Shown here: piece by piece, positions 32,881 to 46,648 of the stretch | How positions within the stretch are numbered: the stretch's first letter is position 1 | Layout of the letters: each line of letters opens with the position of its first letter | Assembly: GCA_040285825.1 (NCBI GenBank) | Contig: JAUPSS010000002.1 | Span: 1 to 64,000, forward strand | Direction: 5' to 3' | DNA: 64,000 nt | Source: Eukaryota sp. TZLM1-RC | Taxonomy: Eukaryota > Protista > Metamonada: BaSk clade | Translations under genes and position numbers: made by a program | Notes under the pieces: model-generated | What the model saw: only the letters and a program-made list of their open reading frames with translations | What the model was told of the DNA's origin: nothing | The model's database searches: none

Positions 32881-33132
32881 TTCATACATATGGACCATTA
32901 GAGGTAGACTTGTTACTTGTCCCGTCACGACATGCCGTCGACAGCTATTTTTCTACTTGTCACCAGGTCACGTCAACGGCTATTTTTGGGCAACCCGTCA
33001 CGACCCGTCAGAAAGGGCCAACAATTGTATTTTTTCTTTATATCAGTTATCCTATAGATTTCTCGTTTTATAAATGTTTTTAGTATTGGTTTTGTGAATT
33101 TGGAAAAGATTTTGCGATACAAACAACTCGTT

Positions 33133-36100
33133 TGTTGGCTCCTGTAAGCTTATATCATATGAATAGAAAAAACCAGACTTTTTCTTTACTACAATATACT
33201 TTAGGCAACAATAATTATTGGCCATTTCAAAGTCTAGTTATATCATTAGTAACTCTAGCAAACTTCATCAATTGACCAGCAAAGATATCTTGACATGTCA
33301 AACAGTTCACAACAGGATATCCCTGACATCCAGCAAACTTCATCTCCTCACATGCAGCAACAACAGGATACATCACAGCCAACATCAGATGTACATAAGG
33401 ATAACGAGGTAACGGACTCGGTTCCCACCTCCTCCTTGACAAAAGAGAAAGACGAAGGAGTGGACGAGGTCCTTCCTTCCACAAAATTAGTAGAAAGAGG
33501 AACTAAAGAAGAGGTAACGAGAACGGACCCGGCTCCCTCTCCCCTCAAGAAAAAAGGATTGTCCACGGTGGTAACGAGAACGGACCCGGCTCCCTCTCCT
33601 CTCCCAAATATAAAATCTGTAACAAAGGGAACGAATGGAAATCCCACCTTAGACACGTCTTTCCTACTAGGAGAATATGAAAAAAATTCAATCTCAACTA
33701 GATGAGATGGAAGGAGAAGAGGAATCATCTCATCTGAGGGATTCTACAAGCTTTTCAAAGAGGACGCGGAAGCCTACTTCGAGCCTAAAGATTTCTGTCT
33801 TTTCGAGCAGCTTCCTCCTCTATGGAGTGCCATTTCAAAACGAGGCAGAAACGTTGGTTTTCAGATTCTCATAATGGTCGGGGATACCCAAAGGGTATTA
33901 GAGATCCCCCTCAATGAAAGGAATGAGCTCATTGAAGCTCTTGACAAATTAAGCAGAGAGACGTTCGAGCGTAACGCAGAGCAACGTCCCAGACTCTCTG
34001 GTATGGACAAAAGAATCAAAGAGATAATGACCCTTTCCATCAATGATAGATTGGACTGGAATGCTACTCATTTGGATCAATTCGGCAAAAGGATAAGATT
34101 TCTCTCCATCGAGCAGAGAAGTAGGACAAACTCAGAGGACATCCTACAATCTAAATTACCTGCCTGGTTTGATCCCCACTTTGATACAGAGATACATATT
34201 TACACAGAGTTAACAGAGGGTGCTCCCACATATTTTAGAGAATTTATGGAGCAAGAAGATAGTGGTAACCCGGACAAGTTTGAACCAGTAACACCCTGGT
34301 TCGACGCAGACGCTCTAAACAATATTCATACGGAACGATCATGTGTATCCACGTATAGGAGCCGTTTTAACAACTACGTCCAACAACACGGTAACTCATT
34401 CACGACACAACGAGATTTCAGACAATGGTTAACGGGAGATTTATCCACATCTTTCCACCTTCCGAAATTACCTGTTGTGGCTCCCATAATTTTGGAAAAA
34501 AATCAACCTATACAGGTCCTCTCCATAGAGGGCATACTCGAACACGTTCCAACAGTGAACGTCCCCATATATGTAGAAAGGCAAGACATTACATCTCAGG
34601 AAAAACCAACTGCCTCTCAACCCATGGAAAGTGAAATTGGAGACGACATAGAGTTAAACGGGCCAGTTTTCGGAGAAACGGCTCCTCCTCAACATTCAGT
34701 AAGAGTCTCGTCTTCAGACAGACCCATGAGCATTGAGGACCACCAATCCTCGAGAAGAGTTATCGACATGACCATAGCTAGTAGCCTTTATAGACAAGTT
34801 TACCCACAGTCTAAGGATATTGACTAAAAAAGACCTCAATTATCCGCCGATGACCCCATCAACAAAATGTCTATCATAGCTTTTCTGTTAAAAAATCAAA
34901 CTTGGGACAAATACGGGCAAAAGATAGCTAATGGAAGCTTTGAAGCCCCAGGTCAATCAAATTAAACCAGAGCCTTCATCACAGCCACCCAAGTTTTTGG
35001 AGAAGGCCAAACAGAGATAACTTAAGATAGAATTAAAAATCTCCCCAAACATATACGTGACGAGATCATAAAGGATACAACTCAGCCTTTGGTAAGGATT
35101 GACCCAGCTATAACAGATAAGCTCGAACCACCAATCCACCATTACGATTTATTCAGGTGCATGATGATGAGCTTTTGCCCTACAGGATTATCCACCATGA
35201 TCGATCCTAGCCTTTTATCAAGATGGCAGAGTCAAGGCTTACTCGGTGTTGACTATACCGACGCGGACGTCATGGTATTTCTGCTTAAGAGAACGCAATT
35301 CACATCATATCATGAGGCATGTAAAGCTCTAATGAAGCCTAGAATTCAGTGGAAAAAAATCCACAATAGGCATGATGCTGACAATGAGTTTGGTCGTTAT
35401 GTAGAAGACTGTGGAGAGGTCTTAAAGAATGACCACCTACATGACTGACCCGACTATCCCTGATTTGATTAGAGAAAGCAGCTGGCTGATAACCATATCT
35501 CCCGCCCTGATAGTCGAATACTTCCTTATGGGTTCGGACAACTTTGCAATATCAAGCGAACTCTTCCCAGTATGGACTAGAGAATCTTTGTAGGATTCTC
35601 CTAATAGAACAACTTTACTCTATTTAATATCGACAACTAGAAGGAATTTCCTCGCTTGGTGTTTCACAACAGGAGACAAGCCCACAATAGACATACTAAG
35701 GAACAGGGCTAACGAAAAAGATATTCTTTTGGGACTCACGGCGATGAGAACTTATTCAAGAGGAGTATCCCCATCAGCCCAGGCTCCAACAAATCGAGCA
35801 CGACGATCAGGTGAAAAGTCGAGAGGAACCCCTCAACACAAATACATCCCTGAAAGGCACGAACGAGAAAGTTCGAAATTCTGTACATTTTGTAGTAACG
35901 TCGAAGGTAACAACCCTGTCGGCCACACTGTATTCGAATGTAAAGACCCTCGTGGTGTTAGAAGCAGAGTACCCAAAGAAGAAAGATTCAGATTGGAAGA
36001 ACAGGAGGCGCCTGCCATCAGAGGCAGTGTAGATAGGGGCCGAGGTGGCCGAGGTAGACGTGTAACACAAGTTTCCAACAGCTCAACAAAATCTCTTAAT

Positions 36101-39100
36101 TCCTCTACAAATTCACCAAACCAGCTCTAATGCAACAGTATTTTTGATGTTTATTTTACGGTTAGTGAAAACCACATCAGATCCCAGCGTTCTCCATTTC
36201 TAAGACCGGAGATATCAATAAATGATATTGAAATGATTGCAACTATTGATTCGGCTGCGTTTTGTTCAGTTATTACTGCAGATTTAGCTGAACAATGCCA
36301 CATGTCAATCAATAGCAAAGAAACTATTCACTTCTTACCAGCTAATAATGTATCTACAAAGTCGCTAGGGAATGCAACTAGTATTCTGTCGTTCAACGTA
36401 GGAAGCATTGCGCAACAAGTTCTTTATAAACATACTCTTCCCATAATCCCGGGTTCGAACAAATTTTTAATAGGGAAAGACATGTTAAAAGCACTTGGAC
36501 CTTAGACGGGTGATGGTTTTTTCATTAGATTGGACAAAAAACACCGCATTTTCTGAAATGCAGAATTGGAATGTGACTCAAGAATCGCTCAACATTCGAT
36601 TGAGAACTTAGCTAACCAATCAACGAGTCCTTCTGATTTTGAGGAGCAATTGACAAGATCTGGATATGAGATAAAATTAGATGATGATAATAATAAATTG
36701 AAATTAACGAGTCTACTGAAAATTTTCAGCGATGTTTTTAGTGAAACTCGAAACAAAAAAGGTATTGATTGTAGTCCCCTTACAATTCCCTTTCGCGATG
36801 AAAACGCTATTGTCCACAAGCCTGCTAGACGGTTAAACTTAAGCAAATTAGAAATAGCCAACAAAATTTTCGACGAATTGATAGAAATGGGTTATGCAGT
36901 TGAATCCAATTATAGATTCAGCTCTCCTATTGTCCTAGTTATCTACCCAGATGATAGAAAACCTAGATTAACTGGTGACTTCAGTGGTAAAGATGGTGTT
37001 AATTCCTATACAATTTCTGTCGAACCTTATATTAGAATTTTTAAGCAGAGCTGACTACATTGACACACTTGATCTATCAAAAGCTTTCTGGCAAATGAAT
37101 GTAGCAGAAAAAGTTATTGAAAAACATCAATTTCGATACCTGGAAGGTCCATTATGTTTAAAAGAGCTTACTTCGGTTTAAAGAATATTTCAGCAACATT
37201 TCAAAATGTAATGATGGAAATTTTCCAAATAGACGGCGTTTTTATATACATAGACGACAACATAACAGTCGGTACTTCATTTGAGGAATTCTACAAAACA
37301 CTACAAAGGGTCATCGAATGCGCCAGAAAAAGATGGGTAAACATTGGTTTACGAAAATGCAAATTCGTCACAGCCAAACACCCTATTGACATATTAAAAA
37401 GCACCTTCCAGAACAAAACTAGGTTTATTAGCAAGAAAAAGCTTGAAGCCCTAATGAAAATACCCAGACCAAAGACACTGAAAGAGGTTCGCTCCTTGGT
37501 TGATTCAATCAATTACATAAGAGATTGGCTTCCTGGAATTTTTAAACTGATAACGCCAATTAACGAGTTAATAAAGGGAAATCCTAGAATTATCAAATGG
37601 ACCAATGAGCATGACGATTATCTTAAACAAATCAAAGGTTTAATAGTAAACCACATGCCCCTTGAATTACCAGCTCCGGGCAAGCGAGTATCAATAAGTA
37701 CTGACGCTTGAAATGTAGCAGTAGGAGGTGTTATTTGGCAAGAAATTGAACCCTACTCCCCTACAGAAACCCCGCTAAATAAAAGGAAAGTGAAACCTTT
37801 GTCATTCTATAGTAGATTACTTACAGAAACACAAAGAAAATGGTCCACTTTACAGAAAGAATTATATGCAATACTTTTGATTTGAACTGAAAGTTGTTTA
37901 GAAAGCTACCTTTTAACTAGACATTTAACAATTTTCACTAATCACAAAAACATTGCATTCCTGGCTACAGCCCCAGTGAAAAATAGATTTGTAAAGAGAT
38001 GGCTGCCGATACTATCTGAATTCAACTTGATATAGTCCATGAACCAGGCGAAGACAACCACTGGGCAGATATGTTATCGAGAAATGTCGATCTTGATCAA
38101 GACGAGGAAACTCCATCAATTCGTAGCATAAATATACCAAATACTTTACTCTAAAATTATGAGATACCTCCACCAGATGATCACTCTGATTCGGAATATG
38201 AAGATTTCCCATCAATCTCATCCCCAAGTAGACTCCAAGATCTACCTATTTTCTCTTCTTGGTTTTCAAAGATAAGATCTGAACAACAAATATCCACAAG
38301 TAATAATGATCGTTTATTCAAAAATGCAATTCTAGATGGAAATTCTGAAATTTGGAAAAATAATAAAAAGGGAAAACACCAAAATCCACTTGATTAAATC
38401 AATTTCCATCAAAATCCACAACAACATTATTCCCATCTTTTTCATCAAAAACCACAAAAATGACTGTTGCTCTTAATCTTAATAACCTTAAAGCTTCTGA
38501 ACCTATATCCATCTCAGTGAACGATACTTTCGAATCTCGTGACAAAATGATAACAACTCTGCATCAATATGGTATTGAAATCAACAAAGAGTTCTCTCCT
38601 GCTCAAAATAACAACAAGACCCGCTGGGAAATCAAGTGTGATGATGAGAAGTGTCCCTTTTGTTTTATTGCTACGTCCCCTGTTGATTGCGATGTTTGGG
38701 TTGTTACAAATAAAAATAAAAATAAAATTTTAATCCCAAAAAGCCTCAGAAAACAGGCACTATTATTAATACATGGTTAAGTCCAATCTGGCCACCCCAG
38801 CAAAAACGACAGTTTACACAAATTATCCAAAAGTGATTTGTACTGGCCTAATATGACAAAGGACCTTAAAAATTATGTCAGAAGTTGCCCAACTTGTGAA
38901 AAATGGCTCCAGTTAATAGGTCAAAAACACCTTCCACAGGATTTCTATGGGCAGATCATCCATTTATTAGATTAAACGTCGACACAATTGGACCTCTGAA
39001 CACTGACAACGAAGGAAATAAATATGTGTTAGTATTTGTAGACTCTTTTACTGGATATACAATTTTAGTCCCTCTAAAAGAACTCAATGCCTTAGAAACC

Positions 39101-40303
39101 GCAGATGCTTTGATTTGGATTGTTTGCGCCATCTTTGGCATACATATGTTAATTCATAGCGATAATGGACCTAAGTTCACCAATGAGACTTTCAAAATTG
39201 TGTGTAACACATTAGCGATTGAGATGAGTAACTCAATTCCCCACTATTCAGAAAGTAATGGACTAGTAGAACGTAGACATAGAGACGTTCTTCAATGCTT
39301 AAGGAAACTATTAATAGACTTTAATGATTACGGAAATTGGTCTACTTATGTACCTATATCCCAGCTATTAATAAATTCTACTAAAAGCAGAAAAACTGGT
39401 TTTACCCTTTACGAACTTATGTTCGGTTCTTCGATTAGTCTAAGAACAGATTCTGCTAACATATTAGGAAATTTATCCAAAGTCGAAACTTATATTCCTT
39501 TATTAGATGACATTAAATACTTGTCTACATCAAAAAAGGGAAGATGCTGATTTAACCAAACATTTAATACTCCGTCTTCAGTAGATAATACTGATTCGTG
39601 TTTTATAGTATTTAATATTGGTGACTACGTCTTACGTAAAACCAAACAAAATAATAAATTGCATGGATTTTGGAATGGACCATTCTCAGTTATTGACCTT
39701 CCTTCCAAATCCACTTTATTATTGAAGAATCTTACTACTGGCACAGAATTAACAGCTGCCAAGCAAGATTGTAAAATCTATAACGCTGAAAACCCACAAG
39801 ATATGGAGTTCCTCAAGTCAGTCGCAGCAGGCGATGTTGAACAACACGTTATAGAGAAAATCCTCTCAGAATACAGCTCTGATTCAGGTAGTTTCTGTAC
39901 TGTACAATGGTTTGGCGGTGAGACAACAGAAAAGCCTCTCCATTCAGTTAAACATTCAGAAGCTTACAAGTTGTTCAGTAAGAATAACAAGAAAATTGGT
40001 AAACGTACTACTAGCCAACGTAAAGGTACCACCAATGAGTCTACGCCTTCCAAGAGGCCTAGACGTAGTAACAGAATTAGGAAGCGAAGCTAATTCTCAG
40101 TTTATATCGATTATTTATATTAAATCGATTATATATATATATATTTATAGTTATTTCGTTACTTGTATATAGTTTTGTTTCATATTCATATAAGCTGATT
40201 TATTTTGATATAGGGAAGAAGCAGTGTTGGCGCCCTAAGGCTTATATAATATGAATATAAAATAAATCAGACTATTCTTTATTACAATAGACTTTAGGCA
40301 AAA
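33133..40303 (+). mobile_element. Ty3/Gypsy family 1 copy 2, degenerate and mosaic
   Basis: LTRs at 33133-33210 and 40225-40303. Many stops and frameshifts, a deletion of about 270 bp at the gag end, and a MULE insert. No matching TSD. Confidence 0.95.
38370..38714 (+). mobile_element. Mutator/MULE left-end fragment inserted in Gypsy copy 2
   Basis: Absent from copy 1. Starts GGGAAAA. ORF from 38460 (DTFESRDKMITTLHQYGI...RWEIKCDDEKCPFCFIAT...WVV) resembles the MuDR N-terminal DNA-binding domain. Flanked by AATAAAAA repeats. Confidence 0.7.
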
Positions 40304-41766
40304 CAACAAAAAAAATACGAATCAGTAAAAGATGAAGCATGTTCTGTAAAATCTATTGTTAGATTACCAATGGCAATTAAAACGGTTTCCACGTTCGATT
40401 ACTCCTGGTTTTTTTTGAATGAAACCGCAGCAGTTCCAAATTTTGCTTCTGATAACCCTGCTATGGCCAAGCCCCTAGTAGAACGTTAGAGTATATCAAA
40501 ATTGCTGAGTATGCTTCAGCAATGGTCATTCCTTGATATTGAGAAGGATTCATATCACGATCATCAATAAATTATTTTTTATTCTTGAATTTTTCAGCAG
40601 TAACCTTCTATAAATTCAAGACCATTCTAGATTGAATGACCGATATTGTTTCTCCATTGATTTCGATACTAGGCAAGAGGGACTTTGTTTTTCCAAATAA
40701 AGTTAGGTGTTTTAATCTTATCCATTTTTACAATTCTATCCCTTAAAAATCAATCAACAATTTTGTCATAACAATGACAAACCGACTTTTTAACAAGAAT
40801 ATTCATATATTCGGTACGGTAAAAAAACAAGTCCAACAGACCTGTCTTATCGATATGGACGTGAGATGTTTCAGAGGCAGAGTGTGAAAGAGTGTAATCT
40901 TCTTGATTTTTAACAAATTGTCATTGTAAAAAATAGCCCTTCACCATTTGAAAGCTCTCAATAAATCAACTCTTTTGTACATGACTTTTGAATGGATGAG
41001 GAATTGGATTTTTCTGTCTCAATGACCTGCTTTTCATTGATGGGGTTTTTGGTTGGTGAAAGTTTTGGTTAAGCTCTGTTGTTGAGTTTTAACATGTGGC
41101 TATATTTGGAACAACTTTATTATTTTTTGTTTGTTATTTTCAACACAATTATGAGCAGAACATTTTGTCTTGATTTTTGATGTATTTGACTTGATTTGAA
41201 GTAATTGAATTTGTATGAGTTGACAAAAACAAATTGATAATTCTATTTTCGAAACACATGCAGACAGATTCTAGTTTGGTTTCCGTTTCACCACCACCTA
41301 TTTCATATTAATTAAATTTATTTGAATGAAAACAATAATAATTTATAAACAAAATTTAATCATTTAATACAATAATTTCTGTCTTCATCAATAAGGAGAA
41401 CGTAACCTTGTCTTCTATTGAACATAGAAATGATCTTAGATTTGAAACATTCTTGAATAACGGAAGAGAAATTTTCATCAGATCGGAATTCGTGATGTTG
41501 TCATCGCTATTGTGACCACAACATAAATTCAATAATGGCTAATAATTATGTTACAGGAATTTGAAGGCAAAGGAATTATTGATTTACCACCAATGCTGTA
41601 TTCCCACGTTCACTATTTGGTTTTGGTGTTTCATGTGCGATAAACTCGAAAAAAGGATGTGTTTGTGTCAGTTTTGCTCTTTATTATTCCTCATTGTATT
41701 GACTAGATTAAGAAAAGATATCTAAAAGAACATCAGAAATGTACAGCAAACGTAAAAAAACAAGAG

Positions 41767-44076
41767 CTACTTCAAATTCTCCATAAAATACTTGGATAAC
41801 AGATCATTTCTATAGAGATACTCACATGGCTTTGCGACTCCTGGGTAGTGAATATACCAAAGTTCATAACTGTTCTTGACCTCTCTCGTGCCATTACTCA
41901 AATTAGAGAGTGGCAAGGTTCCTTTGACTCCTCGTTCCTCTGAGAATGAAGAAGAGAAAGGGGGGGTGGGAACAGAAATGTTGTCTGTAGGATAAGGAAA
42001 CAACAACCATTCATCTAACAGAGATTCATCGACATCCTGATCAGTGAGAGGTAAGTGACAATAGATTTGAGTGATAATTGATGAATTTCTAGAAGCCCAC
42101 CGTTTCCCCAAATGCCGAGTTAATCTTTTAAATAACCTCAAAACAATAATTTTGACATCCAAACAATCCAAATCAAGTAAATGTTTAAGAATCACCTGGG
42201 CTTTCATTGAAGCAAGATAGGAAAGAGCGCTGTTTTCTGTTTGAACAAGTCCTTCCAATACCATACAAAGCAAAGTAACAGTAACTAAAGATCTGGCCTG
42301 CTTTGGAAAAACCGTCAATTCTTCTTCATCATCAGATAGGTTTAATGAACGTACACTAAAACTAGCTCTGGACAGAAGTGCAGAATGGTGACGTGATAGG
42401 GAACGTGATAGAGGGGTTAAAACCGCTTTTGATGAGGGACGTAAAGAGACAGGGGTTGAAAATTTCTCATCATCTACATCATTCTGTTCCTTTTTCAGTT
42501 TCACCGTCCTTTTAAAACCCCCATTCTGAGGTGATAATGGAACATCCTCACAGCGGTCGACAATTTCATCATGACCAACACCATTTTCCTGACCCTCTTC
42601 ATTTTCTTCTTCATCCTCTTCTTTTCCAGGGCCAACTATTCTTGATTTGAGTGGTGTTCTTGGAGGATCAGCGGTTTTTGCTGAGGATAAAACTTCTGAG
42701 TAACTAAGTTCTGGTGGTGAAATTACTGGGAACTCAAGGAGCCTTAGGACAGGGTCAAAGTTTTCATTTGTTTGAAACAATGATGTAGTGTCTTGATTTA
42801 ACAACTTTAGTATTAAAAGATTGCAACTTGAAGATACTAATAACTTCCTAATAAACAAAAACTGATGAGGGCTATTTGACAAAGAGTGAAACAAAAATTG
42901 TCCAATAATAGAAACAGTGGCACGAACCACTAATTCTCGATGACGTTCTAGTTCGTGATCGGCCATTGAGCAAGTGTTGCATTCACAATCAGAGTTTGAG
43001 TGCCTGTATTGAAGCAAAGAAGACGAGCACAGGGAAAAATCGCTAACCACGTCTAGTATAGTGCCATCGTAGGTTTTATCATTTGGTGAGCTAATTCCTG
43101 GTCCAGCATTCAAAAGTAACCGTAGCAAAACAATAACAAACCTGTGGATATCATGGTAAATTTGCCTAAACAAAACCTCAAACTCGGTATTTGGTTTATC
43201 CAAAAGAGTTTTTTCCTCTTCTTTTTCTTCTCGAATCCCTTCTAAAATTTCTAATCCTTCTTTGATAAATTTAGGTTCTTTATACACTGGTGAAGGATAT
43301 CGCCATTTGACGTGGTCTTTGAAGATATCATAAAGTTCATTATTTCTACTAATCACCATTGAAACACCACTACTGGGTGGTGGTACATCACCTAATTGAA
43401 TATTTAAAACCAGATTCAGACAAATTAAAATCTTCTTGGTACAACAAAATTGACATTCGACACCATCAGATAATATTCTCAACAACAATAACGAAGCCCC
43501 TCCACCACTGCCACCAACGCTTGAGTTTCTGGGACCATCTTCCGTAACAACATCAGAGTCTGCAGTGGTGAGCGCCTGTTTAAGCAAAGGAGAGGAGCGG
43601 CAGAATACCATGGTGACATAGACAATGCCTAGAAGAGTGGCAAAGTCATTGGTTAACGGTAAAAGAAGTGGATCATCAGTACCAAGTGAAGCAATTGTAG
43701 AAGAAAGACGTAGAATGTGATAAAAAGTGGTAGGTATAACACCAAGCTCTAACAACGTAGAAGCTGCTTGTTTGCCTAGAGAAAGTTGAGTTGAACCATT
43801 GGGTGAGTGCCATGGACATCCAATGAGAGCATAAAGAATGGCATTGGAAGCAGAAGTAGCTGAAGAAGGTGCATCTAAACGGTCTAACAGTGTGGATAAT
43901 GCAGTACGTCGTTTTTCCTGCGAAGTGGCAACATAATCTGAATAACGCCCAATTGATCGTTCAAAGTCATTGTGATAGTCCTGAAACAGAGAGCTTTCAG
44001 AGTGTGAGAAGAATGCATTAATTTCTACAAGAGGGGTTTGTATAATGCTAAAGGACGAAGCATGAGCAGTCGACAT
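41767..44076 (-). CDS. STRIP1/Far11 (FAM40) STRIPAK subunit, 769 aa
   Basis: RHRELVVRATVSI, LVSSSCNLLILKLLNQD and LRLFKRLTRHLGKRWASRNSSIITQIY match the STRIP/Far11 C-terminal region. ATG 44076 is preferred because module B ends there; 44160 is an alternative. Confidence 0.8.
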   Translation of the reverse strand: MSTAHASSFSIIQTPLVEINAFFSHSESSLFQDYHNDFERSIGRYSDYVATSQEKRRTALSTLLDRLDAPSSATSASNAILYALIGCPWHSPNGSTQLSLGKQAASTLLELGVIPTTFYHILRLSSTIASLGTDDPLLLPLTNDFATLLGIVYVTMVFCRSSPLLKQALTTADSDVVTEDGPRNSSVGGSGGGASLLLLRILSDGVECQFCCTKKILICLNLVLNIQLGDVPPPSSGVSMVISRNNELYDIFKDHVKWRYPSPVYKEPKFIKEGLEILEGIREEKEEEKTLLDKPNTEFEVLFRQIYHDIHRFVIVLLRLLLNAGPGISSPNDKTYDGTILDVVSDFSLCSSSLLQYRHSNSDCECNTCSMADHELERHRELVVRATVSIIGQFLFHSLSNSPHQFLFIRKLLVSSSCNLLILKLLNQDTTSLFQTNENFDPVLRLLEFPVISPPELSYSEVLSSAKTADPPRTPLKSRIVGPGKEEDEEENEEGQENGVGHDEIVDRCEDVPLSPQNGGFKRTVKLKKEQNDVDDEKFSTPVSLRPSSKAVLTPLSRSLSRHHSALLSRASFSVRSLNLSDDEEELTVFPKQARSLVTVTLLCMVLEGLVQTENSALSYLASMKAQVILKHLLDLDCLDVKIIVLRLFKRLTRHLGKRWASRNSSIITQIYCHLPLTDQDVDESLLDEWLLFPYPTDNISVPTPPFSSSFSEERGVKGTLPLSNLSNGTREVKNSYELWYIHYPGVAKPCEYLYRNDLLSKYFMENLK

Positions 44077-44300
44077 CGGCTGATAGCACAAAAATATCAA
44101 ATAGTAGTAACCAAATATACAATGATAAAGGATATCAAAAATACCACTTTTCAAAGGCATGTCTGTTACCCTTCTTCACTGAATTTACAAAATAAACAGT
44201 TGAATCAACTCTTGTACAAATAGTCTGGTCTCCCTCTTCCTTTTAATTTTGGTAGTTTATGAACAGATACAAAATTTACCAAAGTTTTCATTTTTTTCAA
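44077..44300 (-). pseudogene. Fanzor C-terminal relic plus type-B right-end module
   Basis: Minus strand reads LVNFVSVHKLPKLKGRGRPDYLYKS* (about 44206-44265), then about 130 nt ending GTTACTACTATTTGATATTTTTGTGCTATCAGCCG-ATG. Confidence 0.65.
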
Positions 44301-44644
44301 TCTCAATGGGAAGCAGTTGTGCTGAAGAACAATTTGACATTTACAATGGTTGCTCAAAAATTTCACAAAAGATGAAAAATCGAAAACAAATCATCATTCA
44401 AGTGTTGGGAAAGATAAATATAAATATAAAATTATCCAACTTAGAACATTATTTTGAATAAAATTCCATTTCCAGATGAATTGATTGAAAATGTTACAAA
44501 AAATAAAATTGTAGAAGTTCATAAGTATAATCTATCTGAAAAATTGTTAAATAAATTGGTTTTCTTAGCAGAGCCAAAAGATTTCTTCTATAGAAAAAGA
44601 TAAAGCATTGGCTGATAAGTTACGATTTGTTCAACCATAAACTA

Positions 44645-44976
44645 GTCCCTTTGTTTTTTCTTTTTTTTCCATTGCTTGGATCTCTAGGTAAGGCTGCTAT
44701 GGCTTTCCTTGAGGATTTTGATGTAGTTGTAAGGGAAAGAACTGGAAGAATTTTCAATCGTGTTTACTGGCAAAACAGGATTGTATTTTCTATTTTTAAG
44801 GGAATGATAAAAACTAATTTCTGATTCACTCTCTTCTTCTGGGAAATTTTCTGAATCTTTAGCAATTAATTGTTTTGATGTAGGGGAGGCAGGTTTTGAG
44901 GATGTGGAATTTTAGTTGTGTATTTTATGTTTTCATATTCCTTATTAAATGAATGAAAAAAAGTGTTTGAACAAAA
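44645..44976 (+). mobile_element. 5'-truncated CRE-like element (family D)
   Basis: Near-identical to 59700-60020. 12-bp TSD AACCATAAACTA at 44633-44644 and 44977-44988. Confidence 0.9.
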
Positions 44977-45439
44977 AACCATAAACTATAGATCCTATTT
45001 CCCAATTAGTTTAAAAACAGTAGCATTGATTTTTCCTATGAATAAAAATCATTTTATTTTTTTTGAAAATGGAATTACGCCATTTACTTTTTGAAAACAC
45101 TATTTGACAAATAAATCCATCTATATCTCTATTTATAAAAACATAATTTCAGCTATAATTGTAAAGATTATTTAAAAAATAGATTCGAAAACACTGATAG
45201 AATAATAAATGTTGATGAAAATCCTGATATAGAAATTTTATATTTATTTGATATAATTAAGATAAAAATTTCTATAGTTCCAAGTCGATATTTTAATTTT
45301 AATAAAGTACAAAAAAATTAATTCCAAGAATTTCCATGCTGGACACCTATCATTCAAGTTATACTCATTACGATTCTTTGGAAAATTTGATGTTTTGTCG
45401 AACAATTCCCAGTGGATTTATTAGTAAGTATAAATTAAA

Positions 45440-46500
45440 ATATGATTCAAAGGTTTGAAGTAAATGAATTCGTTTTTTGAGCTGCTGTCTTGGAAATGTT
45501 GCCACAAATAATGAAGAATTGAATTATCTCTTACTTAAACTGAGTTCTGAACTTGATACAATTAATATTTTTAAAAGCCAGAAACATATAAAGTTTTGTA
45601 TCTTGAAATTTGTTTCGTAAAATTACTCATATGTTGGAAGAACTTTTCCAAATAGTTCAACTGAATTTTGCCACTCGGTTAATTATTTGAGAACAATTTT
45701 TGTGCCTTTTTGATTGATTACAATCCGGTTCTGATTCGAAGTCGTGTGTTTTCACCAACTAAATTTGGAGTTATTAATTTCAATTCTTTGTGAAGCTGTT
45801 GTCCTTGGTGGAAGGAAACACTTTCTTTTTGAATTTTGTGACCGCTTTGCAAATGATGTTGATTTAATGAATTCTGTAAGTAATAATTATTTAACATACC
45901 TTGAAAATGCTCGTGATGGTTTGCCCTCTGACATTTGGAGTAAACGCTTGTCTGATAATGTACTGAAAATACCACCTAGAACTCTACGAACTTTGAGGTA
46001 TTGAGCTAAAAACTTACAACAAAAATTTAAAATGATTTTAGAAGGCTTGGATTTTAATGTTCGTCTTTGGTTGGCTAAAAATGATAATCCCACCTTCGCA
46101 AATTTTTTGTTAGATGCTCAAAACAGTTCCTATTCGTCTTTAATTACCCAAATTGATCAAATTTATAGTCTTCCTTTAGATAATACTACATTTTCCTGTA
46201 CAATGCGCGCTCGATGTTTCTTTTGGCCTGATAACGTGCCTCATAATTTGATTTGCAAATGTAGATGTAAAATTTCTCCAAATTAATGCAGAAAAAATCG
46301 TGCAGGATTTGAACTGATTGTTGAACGAAAGACCAATGGAGATTTTAACAGATAAGGATAGCAGAATAGAATTGTTTATTCTATATCTAAGGAGTTGTTG
46401 AAGAGGGTTTCTGATGCACTGCTTTCTCTTAGATTTCATTATGAGGGAATTACATCTAGTTTTTTTGTTTTGGGAGAGATGTTTTGTTTAGATGCTGTTT
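45440..46500 (+). mobile_element. Degenerate CRE-like family C fragment followed by a family A 3' fragment
   Basis: ORFs 45744-46004 and 46032-46286 are homologous to 3129-3575. About 46300-46500 matches the family A 3' end. Confidence 0.75.
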
Positions 46501-46648
46501 GATTTTTTTCACAAATACAGGTAATTTAAAGACATTTGGAAATGGGAAATTGGTGGAGCATTGACTGTATTTCAATTTGAAATAGCTCTTCCAAAGTCCA
46601 CCATTTAAACACAGAACAGTCGTTACATGTTTTCCTGACTGTCAGACC

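Noticed and set aside
32900-33015. CCGTCACGAC repeats as a CRISPR-like array
   Set aside because: Short, irregularly spaced and in a eukaryotic context; more like transposon subterminal repeats.
41360-41520. RRQGYVLLIDEDR on the minus strand, like Fanzor RuvC-II
   Set aside because: No GDW-like motif upstream and no cysteine or RD motifs downstream; cannot be supported.
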